Assembly (NCBI GenBank): GCA_903927415.1
Contig: CAIYMZ010000066.1
Location: 1-37,049 of the forward strand
Direction of reading: 5' to 3'
Origin: an uncultured Alphaproteobacteria bacterium
Lineage (GTDB): Bacteria > Pseudomonadota > Alphaproteobacteria > Rickettsiales > UBA1997
Length of the DNA stretch: 37,049 nt
Shown here: in pieces, positions 19,030-27,600 of the stretch
Position numbering within the stretch: the first letter of the stretch is position 1
Layout: each line of letters opens with the position of its first letter
Notes under the pieces: model-generated
What the model saw: only the letters and a program-made list of their open reading frames with translations
Databases searched by the model: none
Told to the model about the DNA's origin: nothing
Program-made: the position numbers and the translations under genes

Positions 19030-19514
19030 TATCTTGAATCCTTACAAACCTGTTGGAGTTTTTTATAACTTTGCACAAAACCCACGAGGGAGTAAGTGTC
19101 GATAGCAATTTTTCCATCACGAGCAACCCCACTTACAACCATGTCTTCATGCTTTTGCATTTCTTTTATGATATCAATATCGTCATTTTTATCATTAGCC
19201 CAAGCCATTGTTTTGTAAGGGAAAAGATAGAATTTTTTCGAGCCAAAAGAAATTTCAACATTGGAATTTTTGTTGTAAATAAATCCTGAAGATAAACTGA
19301 TTTCATCAGCGTCATTTTCCACATTGGTAACTAAAAAAAATGGCTCACCCCTCTTGTCATAACTACCTTCGCGCTTAACAGGAATGGATGCACTATAGCA
19401 CACAATTTTATCACCTCTCTCGGTTTTAAAAACATTCCAATCATGAAATTTCCCCTGCAACTCTTGAGCAAAAACCTCCGACACTAATAAAAAAAATAGT
19501 ATAAAAAATTTCAT
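19029..19514 (-). CDS. invasion-associated locus B (IalB)-like exported protein
   Basis: Signal peptide, then GKFHDWNVF...CY..SIP...RGEPFFLVT and terminal DTYSLVGF...C, typical of alphaproteobacterial IalB-family proteins. Confidence 0.75.
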   Translation of the reverse strand: MKFFILFFLLVSEVFAQELQGKFHDWNVFKTERGDKIVCYSASIPVKREGSYDKRGEPFFLVTNVENDADEISLSSGFIYNKNSNVEISFGSKKFYLFPYKTMAWANDKNDDIDIIKEMQKHEDMVVSGVARDGKIAIDTYSLVGFVQSYKKLQQVCKDSR

Positions 19515-19662
19515 AACTTGACTTTTTATGACTGAAAAATATTTTGCCCACTTCTCTTTTGAAGCCTTATAGATCGCGCTTTCGCATAAGTTTTAAAAAT
19601 AAACTTCGCCCAGCTGCAAAGATCACAAATCATTTTCAAAAATCCAATAAATTATTTTCCAA

Positions 19663-20448
19663 ATGTCGCTAGAAGTTCACGAAAATTCTTTGCCAGAAAT
19701 TCCTCACGATGCTGGCCACGGACACAATCCCCTAGCGCAATTTGAAGTTAAAAAAATCGTCGATTTACATCTCGGAAATATCGACATCAGCTTCACCAAC
19801 TCTGCGCTCTACATGCTGATTGCCACCGCCTGCACCATCGCCTTCATGATTTTCGCCACCAGAAAAAAATCGCTAATTCCGTCACGCTTACAAACCATCG
19901 CCGAATCAGTTTACAATTTCATTTTTGACATCATCAAAACCAGCATCGGCAACGAAGGCGCAAAATTTTTTCCACTAATTTTTAGCCTCTTCACTTTCAT
20001 TTTGATGTGTAATTTTTTAGGCATGACACCTTACAGCTTCACCGCCACCAGCCAAGTCGTGGTCACACTTTCGCTGGCAATGTTGTCATTCTTAACCATC
20101 ACAATTTTTGCAATTGTGCGCAACGGATTCTTCGGATTCCTCCACATGTTTTTGCCAAGCGGTGTGCCGATGTGGATGGCGCCGATAATTTTCGCCATCG
20201 AACTTTTTTCGTTTTTAATTCGCCCAATCACGCTCTCCGTTCGTCTCTTCGCTAACATTGTTGCCGGACACGTATTGCTCAAAGTCGTCGCTGGTTTCAT
20301 CATTTCGCTCGGGATAATTTTTGGCACTTTGCCATTCCTTTTTGCCATCATCATGACTGGCTTCGAGCTTTTTGTGGCAGTGCTTCAGGCTTACATTTTC
20401 TCAATTCTTGTTTGCGCTTATTTGGGCGAAACGGTGAGAGAGCATTAG
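19663..20448 (+). CDS. atpB: F0F1 ATP synthase subunit a
   Basis: PLAQF, SFTNS, RPITLSVRLFAN, ELFVAVLQAYIF. Confidence 0.97.
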   Translation: MSLEVHENSLPEIPHDAGHGHNPLAQFEVKKIVDLHLGNIDISFTNSALYMLIATACTIAFMIFATRKKSLIPSRLQTIAESVYNFIFDIIKTSIGNEGAKFFPLIFSLFTFILMCNFLGMTPYSFTATSQVVVTLSLAMLSFLTITIFAIVRNGFFGFLHMFLPSGVPMWMAPIIFAIELFSFLIRPITLSVRLFANIVAGHVLLKVVAGFIISLGIIFGTLPFLFAIIMTGFELFVAVLQAYIFSILVCAYLGETVREH

Positions 20449-20538
20449 AAATTTGGTGTGTTAGTTCATTTGACCAAATAATTCCCAACCAATGGGGTTT
20501 TAAATGAGCAATCTATTAACTTAAAAACGGGTAAAAAC

Positions 20539-20790
20539 ATGGAACAAGTCGCTCAAGAAATCGTAAACAACTACTCCTCTTTCAAATATATCGGCGTTGG
20601 TCTGTGCTCAATTGGCATGGCTGGTGCAGCGATTGCGATCGGAAATATTTTTGGATCTTTTTTCAACAGTTTGGCACGCAATCCATCTGCTGCTCCAAAA
20701 ATTGAAAAATACATTTACATCGCTGTTGGTCTTGCTGAAGCAATGGGAATTTTCGCCGTTCTTTTGGCATTCCTTGTAATGTTCTCTTAA
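20539..20790 (+). CDS. atpE: F0F1 ATP synthase subunit c
   Basis: Gly-rich first helix, RNP loop, conserved Glu in LAEAMG. Confidence 0.95.
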   Translation: MEQVAQEIVNNYSSFKYIGVGLCSIGMAGAAIAIGNIFGSFFNSLARNPSAAPKIEKYIYIAVGLAEAMGIFAVLLAFLVMFS

Positions 20791-20801
20791 AATCAATCTG
20801 G

Positions 20802-20866
20802 GCGATTCGAGGAGGTAACCCCTCACCGAATCGCTTCGCTCTTCGACTCTCCCTCAATGGGAGAGT
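20802..20866. repeat. hairpin-rich intergenic repeat (CCCCTCACC...CTCTCCC-N5-GGGAGAG type)
   Basis: GCGATTCG (20802-20809) pairs with CGAATCGC (20827-20834); ACTCTCCC-TCAAT-GGGAGAGT (20846-20866). Confidence 0.65.
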
Positions 20867-20888
20867 GAGTGTCGAAAAATATTTTCAA

Positions 20889-21320
20889 ATGCCTCAATTC
20901 GATTTCACAACTTACAGCTCACAAATTTTCTGGTTCAGCATTTGCTTCGCCGCGCTTTATTTGACGATGCATTGCGTAGTTTTACCAAGAATTACGAGCA
21001 TCATCAATGGCAGAAAAAACGTCATTGATGGTGATCTTTTGCTAGCCAACGAGCTGGATAAAAAAATGGCGTTAATTCGCACCAAGACTGATTCCTTGCG
21101 CCAAGAAGCGGGACAAAAATATCAATCACAACTTGAAGAAGCGGCGAAAAAAGCAGCGAAGCAACGCGAAAAATCCATCGAAGAATTAAAAGAAAAATTT
21201 GACAAAATTACCCACAAATCGCGCCAAGAATTAAAAGATTTTATCGAAGAATCTCAGGCCAAAAATGAAGCAGCAGCACAAAATTTAGTGCAAATAATCA
21301 AAGCAAAAATTTTCAGTTAG
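20889..21320 (+). CDS. F0F1 ATP synthase subunit b'
   Basis: MPQFD...YSSQIFW N-terminus typical of alphaproteobacterial b', followed by a coiled coil; start trimmed to the ATG at 20889. Confidence 0.9.
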   Translation: MPQFDFTTYSSQIFWFSICFAALYLTMHCVVLPRITSIINGRKNVIDGDLLLANELDKKMALIRTKTDSLRQEAGQKYQSQLEEAAKKAAKQREKSIEELKEKFDKITHKSRQELKDFIEESQAKNEAAAQNLVQIIKAKIFS

Positions 21321-21327
21321 GAGCAAA

Positions 21328-21798
21328 ATGTTTAATGAAAAATTCTGGCTGGCCATTGCCTTTCTTGGCTTTATCACCCTCATCGCCAAATATGTCGGAC
21401 CAAAAATTACCAAAGCTCTCGACGCTAAATCAAAAAAAATCGCGGAAGAAATTTTAGCGGCAAAAGAGCTCAAAGAAAAAGCGGCAAAACTTTTGGAGCG
21501 AGCTGAAAAATATTACCAAGAATCAGAAAGATTCGCGCAAAAATTAGTGAAAGATGCCGAAGCTGAATCGGAAAAATTTGTCGCCGAAGCCAAACAACTT
21601 TTGGAAGATGAGGTGAATAAAAAAACCGCCGCCTCTCTCGCTAGAATCAAGCTCGAGGAAGAATCGGCAATTCGTGAAATGAAAATAAAAATTGTTGCCA
21701 ACGCGATGGAAAAATTTTCGGTGAGCTTAAATTTGGATCAGAAAAATCATGAAGAGTTGGTGGGAAAGGCGGTGAAGGAGTTTGGGGAAAAATTATAA
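21328..21798 (+). CDS. atpF: F0F1 ATP synthase subunit b
   Basis: FWLAIAF anchor, ALD...KIAEEI coiled coil, position in the F0 cluster. Confidence 0.9.
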   Translation: MFNEKFWLAIAFLGFITLIAKYVGPKITKALDAKSKKIAEEILAAKELKEKAAKLLERAEKYYQESERFAQKLVKDAEAESEKFVAEAKQLLEDEVNKKTAASLARIKLEEESAIREMKIKIVANAMEKFSVSLNLDQKNHEELVGKAVKEFGEKL

Positions 21799-21896
21799 AA
21801 AACTTGGTTTACTCAATCTTCCTGAACTTTTTCGATTCTTCTACCGCTTCACATTTGTCATCTATTTTTTTCCTCGTCACCGCGTCACTTTCTTCT

Positions 21897-22000
21897 TGTC
21901 ACCCCGTCGCATGACGGGATCCATTTCGTCAAAAATTTACGATTTAATTTTGCCTGAGATATTTGCTGCAAGATGGACCCCGTCATGCGACGGGGTGACA
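21897..22000. repeat. GTCA-tagged palindromic element upstream of pheT
   Basis: TGTCACCCCGTCGCATGACGGGATCCAT (21897-21924) and ATGGACCCCGTCATGCGACGGGGTGACA (21973-22000): 28-bp inverted repeat with one mismatch. Confidence 0.93.
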
Positions 22001-22041
22001 TGTTAGGAGGATTAAGAGTTACTTTAACAACTCCAACCAAA

Positions 22042-24423
22042 ATGAAATTCACCCTCTCCTCCCTCAAAGAACATCTCGCAACCCATGCTACTCTCGAAGA
22101 AATCTGCGCCAAACTCACATCAATCGGGCTCGAACTCGAATCTCTCGATGATAAATCCAAAATTCTCGCGCCCTTCACCGTGGCAAAAATTCTCGAAGCC
22201 AAGCCACATGAAAATTCTACCAAGCTAAAAATTTGCTCAGTTGAAACAGCCGATTCTACAACTCCATTGCAGATTATCTGCGGCGCCGCCAATGCTCGCA
22301 GCGGACTCAAAGTTGTCTACGCTCCAATCGGATCTGTGATTCCGACCAACCAAATGCAAATTAAAAAAGCCAAAATCGCCGGCATTGAAAGCAGTGGAAT
22401 GCTGTGCTCAGCGCGCGAACTCGGACTTGGCAACGAAGATTCCGGCATCATCGCGATCGACGAAAAATGGCCGGTCGGCACTAAAATCACCGAGGTTTTT
22501 TCACTGAATGACGCTGTCATCGAAATCAACGTCACCCCAAATCGTGGCGATTGTTTAGGGATTTACGGCATCGCGCGCGACCTTGCTGCTAGCGGCATCG
22601 GAGAGTTAAAAAAGTTCGAGATCAAAAAAATTTCCGGACAATTTTCTTTCCCGATCGAAGTAAAAAACAACGACCCTACCGCCTACCGCCTATCGCCTAT
22701 CGCCTATTTCCGCTATTTCAAAAATATAAAAAATTGCGAATCCCCGCAATGGCTCAAAGAAAAATTAACTACCATCGGCATGAATTCGATTTCAGCAATT
22801 GTCGACATCACCAACTACGTAATGCTGGTTCTGAATCGTCCGATGCATGCCTACGACGCCAATAAAATCAACGGCGCATTGGCAATTCGTTTTGCTGAAA
22901 AAGATGAAAAATTCACCTCACTAAAAAACGAAGAATTTATTTTGGATGAAAAAATTTTAGTAATTTCTGATGCCGAAAAAACGGTGGGAATTGCCGGAAT
23001 TATTGGTTCAAAAAATTCTGCCTGCGATTTTAACAGTTCTGAAATTTTACTCGAAGCCGCCTTTTTTAATCCTTCAGCAATCGCCTTTTCCGGCCGCAAA
23101 TTAAATATCCAATCTGACGCCCGCCACCGCTTCGAACGCGGCGTCGACGAAAAAACTTGCGAAGAAGGAATCGATCTCGCGACACAATTAATTCTCGAAA
23201 TTTGCGGCGGCGAAGTCAGCGAAATAAAAATTGTCGGACAAAAATCCGCGCCGAAAAAAATCGAATTTGATTTTGCTAAAATAAAAAAACTGACTGGGGT
23301 TGAGGTAGAAGTGGATGAGGCTGAAAAAATTTTAACAAATTTAGGATTTTTAGGCGTTAGGCGTCAGGCGTTAGGCGTTAGTGAAATCGAAATCCCATCC
23401 CACCGCCACGACATCTTCGCCGCCGAAGATTTGGTCGAAGAAATAATCCGCATTCATGGCTACGATAAAATAAAAACCGAACAATTACCTACCGCCTACC
23501 GCCTATCGCCTATCGCCTCTCTTCACAAAACCAGAGCCTGTCTAGCTGCAAATGGAATGACCGAAGTAATCAACTGGTCTTTCGTCGATTCCAACCTCGT
23601 CGAAATTTTTGCCAACAAAAATGAAAAATTAATTTTGGCCAATCCGATTTCTTCAGAAATGGATCACATGCGCCCCACTCTGGCGATCGGCCTCGTCGAA
23701 TCTTACAAAAAAAATTCTTTGCGAAATTTTTCTGATTTAGCGTTTTTTGAAATTGGGAATATTTTTGTTGAAGATGTGCAAAAACCAATGATTGCAGGCC
23801 TTCGCGCCGGAAAAAACAAAGAGCAAAATCATTTTCACGACGAACGCGATTTCGATATTTTTGACGTGAAAAAAGATTTTTTTGATGTGATTGAAATTTT
23901 TGGATTACGCGGCGAAAGCTTGCAGCTCAACACTTCCGACGCTCCAAAATATTATCACCCTCACCGCTCTGCCACACTTAAACTCGGCAAAAATATCGTC
24001 GGATTTTTTGGTGAACTTCATCCAGCAATTGCCAAAAAATTCGATCTCAGAAGCCGTGTAAATATTTTTGAGATTTTTGTCGACACTCTTCCAAGCTCAC
24101 AAAAATCAAGCTCGCGCAAGGCTTTCACCACAAACGATCTTCCAATTGTTGAACGCGATTTTGCATTTTTAACCGACAAAAATCAGACAGTTGGCGACAT
24201 CATCAAAACCATCGCGAGCGCAGACAAACAGCTGATCAAGGAAGTAAATATTTTTGATATTTTTAGCGGTAAAAATATTGCTGAAGATAAAAAATCGGTG
24301 GCGCTGCGCGTTAAAATTCAGCCACAAGAAAAAACTCTGACCTCTGATGAAATTGAAGCGGTAAGTAAAAAAATCATTGATGCTGTTGAAAAGTCATGTA
24401 AAGCTAGTATTCGTGAGGCTTAA
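22042..24423 (+). CDS. pheT: phenylalanine--tRNA ligase beta subunit
   Basis: MKFTLS, ICGAANAR, SSGMLCS, NVTPNRGDCLG, RFERGVD, DLVEEI, ERDFAF, TLTSDEI; start trimmed to the ATG at 22042 (the upstream extension is the palindrome). Confidence 0.97.
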   Translation: MKFTLSSLKEHLATHATLEEICAKLTSIGLELESLDDKSKILAPFTVAKILEAKPHENSTKLKICSVETADSTTPLQIICGAANARSGLKVVYAPIGSVIPTNQMQIKKAKIAGIESSGMLCSARELGLGNEDSGIIAIDEKWPVGTKITEVFSLNDAVIEINVTPNRGDCLGIYGIARDLAASGIGELKKFEIKKISGQFSFPIEVKNNDPTAYRLSPIAYFRYFKNIKNCESPQWLKEKLTTIGMNSISAIVDITNYVMLVLNRPMHAYDANKINGALAIRFAEKDEKFTSLKNEEFILDEKILVISDAEKTVGIAGIIGSKNSACDFNSSEILLEAAFFNPSAIAFSGRKLNIQSDARHRFERGVDEKTCEEGIDLATQLILEICGGEVSEIKIVGQKSAPKKIEFDFAKIKKLTGVEVEVDEAEKILTNLGFLGVRRQALGVSEIEIPSHRHDIFAAEDLVEEIIRIHGYDKIKTEQLPTAYRLSPIASLHKTRACLAANGMTEVINWSFVDSNLVEIFANKNEKLILANPISSEMDHMRPTLAIGLVESYKKNSLRNFSDLAFFEIGNIFVEDVQKPMIAGLRAGKNKEQNHFHDERDFDIFDVKKDFFDVIEIFGLRGESLQLNTSDAPKYYHPHRSATLKLGKNIVGFFGELHPAIAKKFDLRSRVNIFEIFVDTLPSSQKSSSRKAFTTNDLPIVERDFAFLTDKNQTVGDIIKTIASADKQLIKEVNIFDIFSGKNIAEDKKSVALRVKIQPQEKTLTSDEIEAVSKKIIDAVEKSCKASIREA
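22674..22708. repeat. heptamer tract 1 inside pheT
   Basis: CCCTACC GCCTACC GCCTATC GCCTATC GCCTATT, translated PTAYRLSPIAY. Confidence 0.9.
23350..23381. repeat. heptamer tract 2 inside pheT (opposite orientation)
   Basis: TTAGGCG TTAGGCG TCAGGCG TTAGGCG TTAG, translated LGVRRQALGVS; the reverse-strand unit is GCCTAAC. Confidence 0.9.
23487..23521. repeat. heptamer tract 3 inside pheT
   Basis: ACCTACC GCCTACC GCCTATC GCCTATC GCCTCTC, translated PTAYRLSPIAS; 31 nt identical to tract 1. Confidence 0.9.
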
Positions 24424-24428
24424 AGCCT

Positions 24429-24620
24429 TAGAGCCTGTTGACATTCATTTACATGTCCTCACTCACCAATCCACCATTGTCACCCCGCCTTCTGACGGGG
24501 TCCATCACGTCGCAAGAACAAAAAATAAAATTTAAAATTTGAACTTGCGGCAAGGTGGACCCCGTCAGAAGGCGGAGTGACAATGGCAGGTGTGTGCAAA
24601 TTGAATGTCAACAGGCTCTA
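24429..24620. mobile_element. MITE-like element with terminal inverted repeats enclosing a GTCA-tagged palindrome
   Basis: TA-GAGCCTGTTGACATTCA (24429-24447) and TGAATGTCAACAGGCTC-TA (24602-24620) form a perfect inverted repeat; inner 31-bp inverted repeat at 24474-24504 and 24556-24586. Confidence 0.8.
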
Positions 24621-24662
24621 GATTACGATTACTCACATCCTCCAAAACCAAACTAAAACAAA

Positions 24663-27600
24663 ATGTCCAGACCAACAGCAGGAGACACAGCTAGCGAAGC
24701 CGTAGCAACGCCTACAAAACCTCGCGCTAGAAATCCAAAAGAAAACGTTGCAAGAATTTTAGCACGATCTTCCGATGCAAAAACAGCATTGCAGGCAGGA
24801 TTGGCCGAAATGCGCACACGTTTAGGCATTGCCGCGCCGGAAGAAGAAGCCACTTTTGGATCAGAAGAAGCAATTGAATTGGCGGCAAAAGTAGCATCGG
24901 ACGAATTATTCGCAGCCATGGAGGCAGTAGCAAATCGTCATGACAAAACTCCGGAAGAATCGCAAGCTGATTTGAAAAATCTGGTCGTAAAACAAAAAAC
25001 ATTTCTCGTCACCACTCAAGTCGCAAAAATTGCACGCATCCAATCCGTGATTGACGCATGTGAAGGGATGAAAAAAGAGTCAGACCTTACCGCTTTTCCA
25101 GCGCATATCGCAGCACTAGATGAAAAACTGGTAAAGTTCGAAGCAATGCCGTCATCGGAAAAATTGGCAAAATTTGAAGCGGCAGTATCGATGGCAGAAA
25201 AAAATCTTACCGCCGCCCAAGGCGTAATTGATAAAATTTCTGAATTTGATCAAAAACTTTCATCATCACCAAAACAGCAACGGGCTAGTTTGATTGGTCA
25301 CAAAAAAGCAACTGACGTTGCAACAAATCAATTTTTAGATGCCTCAATTACAGCAGCCACTGACTTAGTTTCACCAGCATCTTTGGACAGATTAAAACCA
25401 AGGGGAATAACTCATGATGCCGTTGCTGAATCAGTTCAAGAATTTAACAAAGAAGCTCAAGCAAGGCATTCTGAAAAAATTGCGAAAGCTTCAACATCAT
25501 CAGCAACACGTATACATGAAATCACAGCAAAGCTCGGGGAGCTTTCTAAACCAAAGGGTATTTTAAAAAGATTTTTTGCTAAAGTTAACTCGTTTTTTGG
25601 CAAATCAAAACCTGATGAAGTAATAAAAGCAGAATTAAATACGGAACTTAGTAGTATTGCCGATAAAGACGAGGCTTGGACAAAAGAGCAGTTATCTAAC
25701 AAAAAATCTGCAGATAGCCTCGTTAAAACATTTACGGATTCTGACGAACCAGAACCTGCAATTATTGACCACAAAGAAATCGATCTAAACGGTGTCAAGA
25801 AAGCTGTTGATGACTTAAACTCCAACACAGAAATCAGAAAAGCTCTCAGGTCAAAAATGACTGCTGATGAAAGAGAGAAATCTCAAAAAGCAGAATTTTT
25901 AAAATCCGCCAAAGACACAATTCAATACAACAGAGACATGGCGAAAGCTCACGCGGAAGGTGTTGCGCTACCACCAGCCGACAACGCAATCAAAGCTCTT
26001 TCTGCTGTTCATGCCGCTCTTTCTGCAATACCATTACCAGGAATGGCAATGGTCTCCGCCGCTTTAACCGGAGCAGCAAAAGCTGTTCACAGCGCCGCCA
26101 AAAAAAATAGAGCCAGAAGAGTTGCTAATTTTGCTAGTGAAGATGCGGGATTACAGGATGAAATATTCGAACAATTATCCGAAAAATTATATGAACGCTT
26201 TTCCGTAAAAACTGACGGCAGATCTCCACTCGATGATCTATCAGCAACCGGAGCCGCAAAGTTAGTCGTCACTGCCGTTAGTGATATGATGACAAGACTG
26301 CCTGACTTCAAACTTCCTGATGGAGTAACAGTACCTTCTGTGGACGACAAAAGACTCAAAGCAGATTCTAAATATCGCCAAGACTTATCAGAAAAGTATG
26401 GTGTCACAATTAAAGAGAAGGATCTCAAAGCAAGTCCTACTTATCTACATCAAATCGCATCTGACATAGAGCGCAAAATGTATGTTGATTTTATTGCCGG
26501 ACATTTAGTGGATGCGACACTTAAACCTCACAGCAAAACAGACAGAGCAGCAGAAGTCGCAAGCAGTACAAGCTTTACGCAAGCAAACCTTGAGGGAGCA
26601 GATTTTGTTCACCCACAAACATCTACTACCGTTCGAGATTTTATTGCAAAAGCAGTAGGCAAAAGATCTGAGGCCATGGCAGCTGCAGCAGAAAAAGAAG
26701 AAATTACCGCTGCACCAACTACAACAAAACTTGCAGCAGCATCTGATAATTCGATAGAGAAAACTTTTGATAAACAAAAAAATAAAGTTTTAGAAATTCT
26801 CGAACAAAAACATTTGAAGGATGACACAAAAACTCCGGCAGAAGCTCTTGGGAATCTTCTAGAAAGCTATGTAGCAGCTCGTAGTGATGCAGAAGAAAAT
26901 GGCAAAACTTTTGAACCACTAACCTTTCTCAAAGAATCCGGAATCATCGATACCGGAATAAAATTTGGTTTCAGAAGCAAAGCCCGCACTGAATTCAACG
27001 ACAAACTAAAAGAACCTTTGATAGAGCTGTTTAAAGCATATGACAACAAACTTGCCGCCGATAAAAAAGCTCAAGCATTACGCTCAAGTGACGATGCGGC
27101 TCCACCTGAAGCAAAAACCGCAGTAGCGGAGAAGGAAGAAGAAGTAGAAGAAGCCGCTCCGGCAGAAATTGAAGAAGATAGCCAGGAAGTAGAGATAGAG
27201 GATGATAGCACTTTTTTAAGTGATGACAACATTGATCCATTCATAGGATTGAAAGATACCAAAGCATTAGATGATCCTCAAGCGTCAGAAAGACTTTCAA
27301 AATTCGGCACCACATTAGACGAAAGAGCTAAATTCAACCCTGGGATTGGAACTGATGAAGTAGAAAATGGACTCACATCTGTTGCTATAATGGCAGTTAA
27401 CGCTGTTAAAGGCATGGCTTCTTCAGCAGCTTCAGCGGCTAGCAGTGCAATGGCGCCATTACAAGATTTTGTATCTAGCGTTTCAGAAAGAATGTCCGAA
27501 GCAATGACTCCAGCATCTGATCTAGCAGCCAGAGCTTCTGCATCATTAGAAGGAATTGCATCACGCACTGAAGAACTAACAAAGCTCGTTACTGACAGAG

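Noticed and set aside
21782-22310. ORFs 21782-22006 (+) and 21885-22310 (-), and the 23-aa pheT extension
   Set aside because: They are products of the palindrome (SPRRMTGS / SCDGVT) or antisense to pheT.
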